Shown: positions 39,164 through 48,109, counted from the first letter of the stretch. The stretch: DNA of 64,000 nt from Candidatus Poribacteria bacterium (GCA_965198175.1 OZ240245.1:128001-192000), one strand, 5' to 3'. Notes: generated from the letters alone by a model not told the origin. Made by a program: numbers and translations.

Positions 39164-40281
39164 CTCATGGGCATAACAACATATTGAAAGTTTGGCGCCA
39201 ATTCAAGGCGCATATGCGCAGTCGGTTCCGGGCGCATCCAGAGTGTAACCTCGGTCGCATCGGTCTGCAGAAGCGCTTCTTCAAAGAACCTGGCATCGAA
39301 TGCTGCTGCTGTATCTACACCCTCATACTGAATCGGTACACAGGCTTTCGAATTCCCCCAGCGGGTTATAATTTCAACAGTCAACTGTCCAGCACTGACG
39401 CGAAACTCTGTACGGTTGTGTGGGTGGTCGTCGCCTACACGGATGACTCTGAGTGCCCACAACAATTCTTCGCGGTTCACCTTCACGCGCAGATTGGCGC
39501 TGCTCGCTTGTTCAAGGACCCACTTATAATCTGGGAAATCCCCTTTCGGCAAGAGACACCTTAACGAAACTCCTTCAGCCTCAAAACCCATGGCGTTCTC
39601 AGTGAAGCGGAGAAGGCAGACGTGCGGATTTAAGGATTCTACCAAATCAATCATCTTCATGCACGCGGCATAAGGCATTGCCCGCATCGGAACAGAGGTT
39701 TCTGCTACAGCCGGTTTGTTCGTTAATGGTAAGGTAATCATTGCCATCCGTCTACCATCGGTTGCCACGACTCGCTCTTCACCTTCATGTTGATGAAAGA
39801 GTGCCCCTGTAATAAGGGGACGCCGGTTTGCCTCCTCTGAGTCTGATAGCTGTACCGAGGCAAACAGGACAGACTTCAGAGCCGCTCCGAACTGCGGCGC
39901 TTGAACTTCATATTCGGGCGCGTCTGCTAGCTCTGCAAGTGCGGGATTCTGCCATTTCTCCCCATGTGTGCGCACGGCATGTCGATGTTGATTGCCCTCA
40001 ATATCCAAACATCCATGCCATTCGTGGTGACTGAAACGCAGTGTTTCACCAACTGCGTAGTTACAAATACGCGACAGCGTGTCCGGGGGAACAGTTGCCT
40101 TGCCGGGGACTTCGACCTCGACTGGGATTGCATGATCTATACGGAAATTTCCGTCGTCGGTGTAGCATCTAAACTGTAACTGTGCAGCTTGCCCCGTCAT
40201 TGACAGGTGTGTGCCCGGTTCATCAAGTTTCAAAAGGGCTAAGGCACGCTTCAGCGTAGCCACATTACAAGTGAATCTCAT
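39160..40281 (-). CDS. DNA polymerase III beta sliding clamp (DnaN) paralog, 373 aa
   Basis: GGAGGA RBS. 'RRPLITGALF...VVATDGRRMA', 'GDFPDYKWVL', 'AFDARFFEEAL', C-terminal 'YVVMPMR'. Divergent N-terminal domain. Not in a dnaA-dnaN-recF context. Confidence 0.88.
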   Translation of the reverse strand: MRFTCNVATLKRALALLKLDEPGTHLSMTGQAAQLQFRCYTDDGNFRIDHAIPVEVEVPGKATVPPDTLSRICNYAVGETLRFSHHEWHGCLDIEGNQHRHAVRTHGEKWQNPALAELADAPEYEVQAPQFGAALKSVLFASVQLSDSEEANRRPLITGALFHQHEGEERVVATDGRRMAMITLPLTNKPAVAETSVPMRAMPYAACMKMIDLVESLNPHVCLLRFTENAMGFEAEGVSLRCLLPKGDFPDYKWVLEQASSANLRVKVNREELLWALRVIRVGDDHPHNRTEFRVSAGQLTVEIITRWGNSKACVPIQYEGVDTAAAFDARFFEEALLQTDATEVTLWMRPEPTAHMRLELAPNFQYVVMPMR

Positions 40282-40366
40282 CGGTTCCTCCCCACCCGCA
40301 AGGCAAGCATTGAGAAATGTCTTTCCCAATTGATGCCTCGTTGGGTGTTTTGCTTTCAGTCTGGAA

Positions 40367-40924
40367 TTAGAACAGGTCTTCGATTGATGTGTCTCTCTGT
40401 TTGAGTAACCGCAACACCTCATCGCGCAAGGCATTGCGTGCACGCTGCCGAAGCGATTTAACAGCGATTTCGCTTCGTTGGATAATCTTTGCGATTTCTC
40501 TGTTCGGCATATCTTCCAACTCGCCCAACACGAGCACCGTGCGGTCGATTGGTCGTAGTTGAAGTAGGGCAGCCTGCAAGAACTCCCTGCTTTCAGCGCG
40601 GATTAATCGCTTGAGCGGAGATTCTGTTGAAGCCAGTGGGATAACCAACATCTGCGCCATTTCTTCCGTAGTCGTCCTATCGAATGAAATCGCCGGGTGC
40701 TGTCGACGCTGACGCAAGAGGTCAATACACCCATTGTATGCGATGCGAAACAGCCACGAACGCACCGCTGCCGGGGCAAGTAACTCAGACCAGCCCTGAT
40801 ACGCCCGGAGAAACGTCTCAGCAGTCATGTCCTCGGCATCCGTCGGGTTTCCTAAAAACCGATGAATAAACCGATAGATACCGTCAACATACAACTCATA
40901 TACTTCGATGAAAGATCCATCCAC
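40367..40924 (-). CDS. ECF-type RNA polymerase sigma-70 factor
   Basis: Region 2 'DAEDMTAETFLRAY...RSWLFRIAYN.CIDLLR'. Region 4 'LRPIDRTVLVL..LEDMPNREIAKII.RSEIAVKSLRQRAR'. GTG start with GAGGTG RBS. Confidence 0.93.
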   Translation of the reverse strand: MDGSFIEVYELYVDGIYRFIHRFLGNPTDAEDMTAETFLRAYQGWSELLAPAAVRSWLFRIAYNGCIDLLRQRRQHPAISFDRTTTEEMAQMLVIPLASTESPLKRLIRAESREFLQAALLQLRPIDRTVLVLGELEDMPNREIAKIIQRSEIAVKSLRQRARNALRDEVLRLLKQRDTSIEDLF

Positions 40925-41026
40925 AAATGAAGCACCTCGTTAGCTTCGCGTTTTCAAGCCTATAAGACGAAATAATTGGGGCAAGGCATCGAAAAAACCG
41001 CACCGCCCAAATCCTCGGAAAATCGG

Positions 41027-41055
41027 TTGATTGGCTGATATAGATGCGATATACT
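41027..41055 (+). promoter_or_regulatory. Sigma70-type promoter
   Basis: TTGATT-17 nt-TATACT upstream of 41101. Confidence 0.5.
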
Positions 41056-41100
41056 GTTTGAACGCGGTTTCTGATGAAGATTTGGGGGAGATTTGTTATT

Positions 41101-41907
41101 ATGATAAAATTAGGTACGATGTCTTTGAATCTCAGGGATACAAACGCTACTGAATTTGCACGAATAGTTTACGAACTCGGTTTCGATGTCATTGAACTGC
41201 ACTCAAGCGCTTTTGAATCGACAGATCTCGAGTATCTTCGTGAACTTAAAATGACGTTGATGAAGCAAGGGCTACCGCTCGGCTATATCGGGATTAGCAA
41301 CGATTTCGGGCGTCGCGTAGATGAACATCCAGAGCAGATTGCGTTAATCAAAAAGTGGATTGATGTCGCGGATTTCATGAGTTGCCCACTCGTGCGTGTC
41401 TTCGGTGCGTATGTCCCTGATGAGTGTGAAGATGAAGAAGCGATCTGGGCGCCGATGATTGCTGGATTCCAAGAAGTCGCCGAATACGGATGTGAAAATG
41501 GCATCCTAGTCGGGTTACAGAACCACAATCACAACAATGTCACCCGTACCGGTGACGATGTGCTCCGTGCCCTTCGGGAAACAGATCGCCCCTATTTTAC
41601 ACACATTCTAGATACTGGACAATATGCTGGGTCGCCCGGTGCCAGCGGTCATGGAGGTTCGTCTCATCCCGACTACGATTGCTACGACAGCATTGCGAAA
41701 ACGGCGCCTCACGCTGTATATGTCCGTGCGAAGTTTTATCACATTGACAGCGGTGTTGAGGAGTGGCTCGATTATCCGCGAATTCTTGACATTCTGCGCG
41801 AAGTGGGCTACAATGGTCCCCTCTCCGTAGTATACGAAGGGGAGTCCAATCCGATTGAATCTATGGAAAAAGCGGTCGCTTATTTGCGGTCGCTTATCAA
41901 TGCTTGA
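41101..41907 (+). CDS. Sugar phosphate isomerase/epimerase (xylose isomerase-like TIM barrel)
   Basis: 'LGFDVIEL', 'CPLVRVFG', 'GLQNHNH', 'LDTGQY', 'LDYPRILDILREVGYNGPLSVVYEG'. Confidence 0.88.
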   Translation: MIKLGTMSLNLRDTNATEFARIVYELGFDVIELHSSAFESTDLEYLRELKMTLMKQGLPLGYIGISNDFGRRVDEHPEQIALIKKWIDVADFMSCPLVRVFGAYVPDECEDEEAIWAPMIAGFQEVAEYGCENGILVGLQNHNHNNVTRTGDDVLRALRETDRPYFTHILDTGQYAGSPGASGHGGSSHPDYDCYDSIAKTAPHAVYVRAKFYHIDSGVEEWLDYPRILDILREVGYNGPLSVVYEGESNPIESMEKAVAYLRSLINA

Positions 41908-42000
41908 CAACCGGCACATGACTAGATTTACGTAAGAAGATAAAACGTTGTAGGGGGCGGGAAAAACAGAAAAGCTCAGTTAGATAAAGGCGCTCGCATC

Positions 42001-42630
42001 GTGGAACATAAAACGTGGTTTACTATTGACGGAACATTAGATCCGATCGACTTCCCTGAGCCCAGTTTCTTCCGCTTTCCACTAGAACTGGCAGAGTTTG
42101 TCGTGACTCGATTCTCCAATCCCGGTGACTGGGTTCTTGACCCATTCTGCGGATTTGGGACTACGTTGGTGGCTGCTCAGAACCTTGGACGTCAAGCGAT
42201 TGGATTCGAGAAAGACTCGCAACGGAGCGCTTTTGCTGCCAAGCGGTCGTGCCCTCCAAGTCGTGTTATTACTGAAGACAGTCGGCGTATCCTAGCGCAT
42301 GAATTACCGCATTTTGATTTATTGTTCACAAGCCCACCCTATTCGAGTCTTCGCGATGGGAAAACCGAACAACCTGTGCAGGAGTACGCGGTTGATCTTG
42401 TTAAGATCTTTGAACCAATCCACGGTTGCATGAAACCCGAGAGCAAGGTTGTCATTGAATTATCCAATGTTCGTCAGGCGGACGGTATTCGACCGACGTT
42501 GTGGGAAGCGGGGCGGGCACTCGCTGAACTCTTCTGCCTCGAAGACGAGTTAGTACGGTGCAACACAGGGGCAGAGTTGGCTGGGCCCGGCTACAATCAT
42601 TCAACATTGCTCATCTATCGGGTTGCATGA
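42001..42630 (+). CDS. Small amino-DNA methyltransferase (N4-C/N6-A family)
   Basis: 'RFPLELAEFVVTRFSNPGDWVLDPFCGFGTT' followed by catalytic 'FTSPPY'. GTG start. Confidence 0.8.
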   Translation: MEHKTWFTIDGTLDPIDFPEPSFFRFPLELAEFVVTRFSNPGDWVLDPFCGFGTTLVAAQNLGRQAIGFEKDSQRSAFAAKRSCPPSRVITEDSRRILAHELPHFDLLFTSPPYSSLRDGKTEQPVQEYAVDLVKIFEPIHGCMKPESKVVIELSNVRQADGIRPTLWEAGRALAELFCLEDELVRCNTGAELAGPGYNHSTLLIYRVA

Positions 42631-42876
42631 TTGTAACTTAACCCGTCGTTACGCATCACGTCGCACGGTTTATGTCGCCAATCGATCCAACGCTAATCCC
42701 GGCTTTGAAAAAGTGGGACAGAGCTTCAAAACTTACCTATTCATGAAGTCGCTTGATACACTGATACAGCCTATTTCGTAATCTTCTCTACCCCTCTATT
42801 CCTCCGTTGCAGATGCGATACTCAATACAATCACAACAGAGAGTACAAAATCAATGAACTCAAGGAAGCATGTGAT

Positions 42877-44244
42877 ATGAATGAAGCGGATGCAGGTTTG
42901 TCGGAACTGCCCGATGGGTGGGTGTGGACGACGTTGGAAGAGGTAAGCAAACTCAATCCGAGAATTGATAGACAAGGCATTGATGATGATTTAGAAGTCA
43001 CGTTTCTGCCAATGAAAAGCGTCGAAGAACTCAGCGGAAAGACAGACTTATCTGAAACAAAACGGTTTTCAGAACTTAAAAGGAAAAGCTACACACCATT
43101 TCGAGACGGGGATATTCTCTTTGCGAAAGTAACCCCGTGTATGGAGAATGGCAAAATCGCCATTGCCCGTGATTTGAAAAATGGAATTGGTTTCGGATCG
43201 ACAGAATTTCACGTGATTCGGTTGTCAGAAGCACAGTCAAGGCAATTCTTTTGCTTCTATTTTTTACAACAGAAATTTAGACAAGAAGCAAAAAGGGCAA
43301 TGACCAGTGCAGTCGGTCTATTGAGAGTGCCAACTGATTACATGAGAAGGGTTCTGCTTCCCCTTCCCTCACTCCCCGAACAACACCGCATCGTCGCCAA
43401 GATCGAAGAACTCTTCACGAAACTTGATGCAGGCATTAACGCACTCCACAAGGTACAAGCCCAACTCAAGCGGTATCGCCAATCAGTCCTGAAAGCCGCC
43501 TTTGAAGGAAAGCTGACAGGAGTGTGGCGGGGGGAGCATCAGGACGAGATTGAGCCTGTCTCACCAATTGCGAGCGATTTGCCTGATGGATGGGTGTGGA
43601 CAACAGTCGGTAGTATCGGGACAATTGCAAGTGGTCAAACACCAAAAGGAATCAATGAATCGAATTCGGAAGGTGACATTCCGTTTTACAAGATTAGCGA
43701 CATGAATAAACTCGGAAATGAGAAATTCATGCGAAACTCAGAAATCGCGCTTCACGATGGCGAAGTCGAGAGATTGAGAATCCATGTTAGGGCACAAGGA
43801 ACAGTGATTTTTCCTAAGAGAGGCGGCGCAATTGCCACAAACAAAAAGCGGATCCTAACCTGTCAATCGGCTTACGACCTAAATATCATGGGGGTATTGC
43901 CTCATATTGTGTCAACAGATTTTTTCTACCAATGGTTGTTATCAATCGATCTTGCTCGATTATCCGATGGCTCGAATGTTCCACAACTTAATCATAAGGA
44001 TATACATCCGTTGCCTTTCCCTCTTCCTCCACTTGGAGAACAACAAGCGATTGTCTCTGAAGTCGAACACCGCCTCTCCGTTGCCGACGAAGTGGAGAAA
44101 ATCATTACGGTAGAGCTGAAACGCGTTGAGCAGTTACGTCAATCGATTCTCAAGAAAGCTTTCTCGGGGAAATTGGTGCCGCAAGACCCGCGCGATCAGC
44201 CTGCCAGCGTCCTGCTTGAACGCATTAAGGCGGAGAAATCATAG
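42877..44244 (+). CDS. hsdS: Type I R-M specificity subunit (two TRDs)
   Basis: Repeated 'LPDGWVWTT', 'PSLPEQHRIVAKIEELF', 'PPLGEQQAIV', 'LRQSILKKAFSGKLVPQDP.D.PAS.LLERI'. Confidence 0.95.
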   Translation: MNEADAGLSELPDGWVWTTLEEVSKLNPRIDRQGIDDDLEVTFLPMKSVEELSGKTDLSETKRFSELKRKSYTPFRDGDILFAKVTPCMENGKIAIARDLKNGIGFGSTEFHVIRLSEAQSRQFFCFYFLQQKFRQEAKRAMTSAVGLLRVPTDYMRRVLLPLPSLPEQHRIVAKIEELFTKLDAGINALHKVQAQLKRYRQSVLKAAFEGKLTGVWRGEHQDEIEPVSPIASDLPDGWVWTTVGSIGTIASGQTPKGINESNSEGDIPFYKISDMNKLGNEKFMRNSEIALHDGEVERLRIHVRAQGTVIFPKRGGAIATNKKRILTCQSAYDLNIMGVLPHIVSTDFFYQWLLSIDLARLSDGSNVPQLNHKDIHPLPFPLPPLGEQQAIVSEVEHRLSVADEVEKIITVELKRVEQLRQSILKKAFSGKLVPQDPRDQPASVLLERIKAEKS

Positions 44245-44401
44245 TGCATTCAGAAGAAGATTCGGTTAAAATTATGTTACGCAATTAAACACCCAAAGTT
44301 GATAGTCGGGCAGTTAATTGCTCGTTTATCGCGAATCTTTTCTTTAGACCATTTGTTCTGATTGACTGACAAACCCCATCTTAGATAAGAGGCAAGAAAA
44401 T

Positions 44402-44668
44402 ATGAAGCAATACCAAGAAGCGCAAGTTATCGATCCTCTCCTCGCGTTAGCTGGTACGCTTGAATGTGAAGTGACGGACATAGAAGACCCAATGTCGGCG
44501 ATGATACGGGAGACTAGCACCAATCAATCGCAGGAAACGCAGGGGGCCGATCTACTCCTAGCATTGGCAGGAACACTTGAATGTGAGGTGACAGATATAG
44601 GCGAACGTCACGACGATTATATCGGGGACGCACTGTTAGCAGAGTTACGAGGCGACAACCATCAATGA
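44402..44668 (+). CDS. Antitoxin-like small protein with an internally duplicated motif
   Basis: 'DPLLALAGTLECEVTDI' and 'DLLLALAGTLECEVTDIGERHDDYI'. The ERHDxY tail is typical of antitoxins that precede PIN toxins. Confidence 0.6.
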   Translation: MKQYQEAQVIDPLLALAGTLECEVTDIEDPMSAMIRETSTNQSQETQGADLLLALAGTLECEVTDIGERHDDYIGDALLAELRGDNHQ

Positions 44669-44740
44669 AGTTTTCTGAGAAACGCACGAATGGACGAGTT
44701 TAATGTAATCATTTCTCAATCCCAGAATAGGTGACGCGAT

Positions 44741-45214
44741 ATGCAAACACAGCAAAAGAACCTCAATTTCAATCCAACACTCGTAAAAGACTCAGCGGTT
44801 GAGAAACAAATGCTTGATCCTTCTTCGGTCGTCGCGCCAGATGTCTTCTCGCTAGAACATGTCCAGCGAGAAATCGCGAATATCCGAGAGGAAGTAGAGG
44901 AAACCTGCGTGGTGGCTGACGATGTGAAAGCTGTCCCGGAATCGACGTACGAAGAAACACTGTCTTTATTGAAGCAGTTGCCGCACGATATCCCGATGCC
45001 CGTCATGATGTGGTTGGAAGACGGAGGCATTGGGTTGGAGTGGCGTCCGGGGGACGGCATCGCGACGATGAGTATTTACGGCGACAATCTTGTCATTTAT
45101 GGCGCCTTTTTTAACCAAAAGCGTGAATTCGATGGAATTTGCTCGCTGTCAGACAGTGTCTTTTTGAAGGGGTTTGTTATAATATTGAGAAACCCCCCTC
45201 AGAAGAACGCTTGA
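44741..45214 (+). CDS. Hypothetical protein within the R-M locus
   Basis: AGGTG RBS, 157-aa ORF co-directional with the hsd genes, 'PMPVMMWLEDGGIGLEW'. Confidence 0.6.
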   Translation: MQTQQKNLNFNPTLVKDSAVEKQMLDPSSVVAPDVFSLEHVQREIANIREEVEETCVVADDVKAVPESTYEETLSLLKQLPHDIPMPVMMWLEDGGIGLEWRPGDGIATMSIYGDNLVIYGAFFNQKREFDGICSLSDSVFLKGFVIILRNPPQKNA

Positions 45215-45252
45215 TATGTATGATTTAGACTGTTAGAACTTGCGCAGCAACG

Positions 45253-45281
45253 GTAGGTCGCGATTCGGAGATCGCTCCTAC
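45253..45281 (-). repeat. REP-like GTAG palindrome, copy 1
   Basis: Minus strand GTAGGAGCGATCTCCGAATCGCGACCTAC. A near-identical copy lies at 58921-58941. Confidence 0.7.
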
Positions 45282-45302
45282 AAAACTAGAGTCATTCCGA
45301 AC

Positions 45303-46751
45303 ATGCCAAATGATTCATCAGCCATTGTACAGAAGTTGTGGAATTATTGTAACGTCCTGCGCGACGATGGGGTCAGCTACGGCGACTATGTGGAACAGTT
45401 GACCTATCTTCTGTTTCTGAAAATGGCGGATGAGCAGACAAAACCGCCGTTCAGGAAGGAGTCCGTTGTCCCAGCGGGGCTAGGCTGGGGAAGCCTCGTT
45501 GACGTGGACGGTGATGCACTCGAAATACATTATCGTCATATCCTGAACGAATTGGGCAAGCAGAGCGGCACGCTGGGGGTAATCTTCAGAAAATCCCAAA
45601 ACAAGATTCAAGACCCCGCCAAACTCAAGCGAATCATTCAACTTATCAACGATGAGACGTGGAGCGGTCTGGATACTGATGTTAAAGGGGACATCTACGA
45701 AGGGTTGCTGCAGAAAAACGCTGAAGATACCAAAAGCGGTGCGGGCCAATACTTCACGCCCCGTTCCTTGATTCAGGCAATCGTGGAGGTGATGAGACCG
45801 GAACCAATGCAAACCATCTGCGATCCCGCGTGTGGCACCGGCGGATTTTTTCTGGCTTCCTATGATTACCTTTCCAAGAAAAGCGATCGGCTTGACAGAG
45901 CACAGAAGCGGTTCCTGAGATACGAGACCTTTCACGGCACTGACATCGTGGACAACGTAGTGCGGTTATGTGTGATGAACCTGCACCTTCACGGTATCGG
46001 CGGAAATGAGAGTCCCGTCGAAACCGGGGATAGCCTTATCTCGGATACGGGTGAGCGTTTTGACATGGTGTTGACCAATCCACCCTTTGGCAAGAAAAGC
46101 AGCATCACAATTGTGGATGAAAAAGGCGGAGCGGGTAAAAACTCGCTCATCTACGAGCGGGAGGATTTCTGGGCGACCACCTCTAACAAGCAGCTTAACT
46201 TCCTTCAGCACGTCAAAACGATTCTGAAAATCAACGGCAGGGCGGCGATTGTCGTGCCGGATAACGTCCTGTTTGAAGGCGGCGCGGGTGAGACCATCCG
46301 CAAGAAACTGCTGCACGAATGCGATGTGCATACGCTGCTTCGACTCCCGACGGGCATCTTTTACGCTCAGGGCGTCAAGGCAAACGTACTGTTCTTTGAT
46401 CGCAGACCCGCCAGCGAAACCCCGTGGACAGAAAAGCTGTGGATTTACGACCTCCGAACCAACCGGCGATTCACGCTGAAAACGAAGCCGATGCGCTACA
46501 GCGACCTCCACGATTTCATCGCCTGCTACAACTCCGACAATCGCCATATTCGGAAAGAGACCGAGCGGTTTAAATCTTTCTCCTACGATGAACTGATGCA
46601 GCGGGACAAGGTTAGCCTTGACATCTTCTGGCTGCGAGACGAAAGTCTTGAGGACACGGAGAATCTGCCGGAACCTGATGAATTGGCGGGCGAAATTGTT
46701 GCAAATCTAGCAGCGGCGTTGGAACAGTTTCAGGACATTTATGAGGCGTGA
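45303..46751 (+). CDS. hsdM: Type I R-M methyltransferase subunit
   Basis: 'IVQKLWNYCNVLRDDGVSYGDYVEQLTYLLFLKM', 'GAGQYFTPR', 'DPACGTGGF', 'TNPPFG'. Confidence 0.96.
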   Translation: MPNDSSAIVQKLWNYCNVLRDDGVSYGDYVEQLTYLLFLKMADEQTKPPFRKESVVPAGLGWGSLVDVDGDALEIHYRHILNELGKQSGTLGVIFRKSQNKIQDPAKLKRIIQLINDETWSGLDTDVKGDIYEGLLQKNAEDTKSGAGQYFTPRSLIQAIVEVMRPEPMQTICDPACGTGGFFLASYDYLSKKSDRLDRAQKRFLRYETFHGTDIVDNVVRLCVMNLHLHGIGGNESPVETGDSLISDTGERFDMVLTNPPFGKKSSITIVDEKGGAGKNSLIYEREDFWATTSNKQLNFLQHVKTILKINGRAAIVVPDNVLFEGGAGETIRKKLLHECDVHTLLRLPTGIFYAQGVKANVLFFDRRPASETPWTEKLWIYDLRTNRRFTLKTKPMRYSDLHDFIACYNSDNRHIRKETERFKSFSYDELMQRDKVSLDIFWLRDESLEDTENLPEPDELAGEIVANLAAALEQFQDIYEA

Positions 46752-47044
46752 ACGGGTGTTCACCTATGTCTAGCAGAGAGATCCCGTCGCCTTAAACAGT
46801 GCTGTCCTCCTTAGAATATTCCCTCGCAGCTTTTTCCCTTCGCGTTCTTCAAATTCGGCGATGAACCGCTAGCCGCCCCATCTGTTTCAATCCCACCCAT
46901 CAGCATCATACGCTCAACGATTAGACTGAACTCGCTTATCGGCGAAAGCTGAGATTCAACAGATGTTAGCATTTCAACCCTCATCTGGTCATTTGATACA
47001 ATTGCGCAGGAACAACTTTTTCAGCGCTCCAGATGGAAAATATA

Positions 47045-47073
47045 TTGACATAGGCGAGAAATGCGGGTAAATT
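47045..47073 (+). promoter_or_regulatory. Sigma70-type promoter of the sulfurtransferase/pterin operon
   Basis: TTGACA-17 nt-TAAATT. Confidence 0.6.
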
Positions 47074-47260
47074 ATAGAATAACAATGGGGTTCAGTTTTC
47101 CTCGGAAGCGTGCGTAAAAGACGTTACTCCGTATCATCTAGGTTCACATCTCAGAGAATTGGCAGAAGGGTGTTTTTGGTTCAAGAGATGTGGACGAAGG
47201 ACCAATCTATCGTCTTGAACAGAAAACCTAAATTAAAATCTGAAATGGGAGGGTTTTATC

Positions 47261-48109
47261 ATGGCAGATTACGCTCAACCTGAAGTCTTGGTCAGCACCG
47301 ATTGGGTGGCACAACACCATAACGATCCAGGCATCCGGCTGCTCGAAGTCGATGTTGATACCGCCGCCTATGACGAAGGACACATCAAAGGCGCAGTAGG
47401 ACTCAACTGGCAGACCCAACTGTGCGATCAAGTGCGGCGGGATATCTTAACCAAAGAGCAATTTGAACAACTGTGCAGCGATTGCGGAATCCGCAACGGC
47501 ACCACCATTATCTTTTATGGTGACAATAACAATTGGTTCGCCACCTACGCGCTCTGGCAGTTCCGATACTATGGTCATGATGAGAGCAAGCTAAAGGTGA
47601 TGAACGGTGGGCGCACAAAATGGATTGATGAAGGACGGGACTTGGTGACGGACCCATCTACGCCCGCTGCCACAGTCTACAAGGCTAAGTTCCCGGACGA
47701 CAACGTGCGGGCAACAAAGGACAACATCCTTCCAACGCTCAATCAGGGGATTATCAATCTCGTTGACGTCCGCTCTCCAGCGGAATTCACCGGCGAGATT
47801 CTCGCACCGCCTGGTTTGTCTGAAACCGCCCAGCGCGGTGGACATATCCCCGGCGCAGCCAATATCCCTTGGGCGACTGCAGTTGCTGAAGATGGGACCT
47901 TTAAGTCCTATGATGAACTTATGGCAATTTACGGAGGTGAGGGGGTTGACCCGAGCAAGGAAACGATAGCCTACTGCCGAATCGGAGAACGCTCCTCGCA
48001 CACCTGGTTCGCACTGAAGTATCTGTTAGGCTACGAGAAAGTGCGCAACTACGATGGCAGTTGGACCGAATGGGGCAACCTAATTGGCGCGCCTATCGCC
48101 AAATCGTAA
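47261..48109 (+). CDS. Tandem-domain thiosulfate sulfurtransferase (rhodanese, CysA/SseA type)
   Basis: 'VLVSTDWV', 'GHIKGAV', 'RGGHIPGA', active site 'YCRIGERSSHTWF', 'NYDGSWTEWGN'. Confidence 0.95.
   Translation: MADYAQPEVLVSTDWVAQHHNDPGIRLLEVDVDTAAYDEGHIKGAVGLNWQTQLCDQVRRDILTKEQFEQLCSDCGIRNGTTIIFYGDNNNWFATYALWQFRYYGHDESKLKVMNGGRTKWIDEGRDLVTDPSTPAATVYKAKFPDDNVRATKDNILPTLNQGIINLVDVRSPAEFTGEILAPPGLSETAQRGGHIPGAANIPWATAVAEDGTFKSYDELMAIYGGEGVDPSKETIAYCRIGERSSHTWFALKYLLGYEKVRNYDGSWTEWGNLIGAPIAKS

Noticed and set aside
39160..40281. Replication origin region (dnaA-dnaN)
   Set aside because: No dnaA, recF or gyrB nearby and no DnaA-box cluster seen. The gene is divergent and in an operon with an ECF sigma.
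45480..46547. 151-aa and 193-aa minus-strand ORFs
   Set aside because: Antisense shadows of hsdM.
46770..46975. Short minus-strand frames after hsdM (possible gene remnant)
   Set aside because: Too short and without identifiable motifs to support a call.
34200..47000. Integrative element or prophage carrying the R-M locus
   Set aside because: No integrase, tRNA target, att direct repeats or phage genes were seen.
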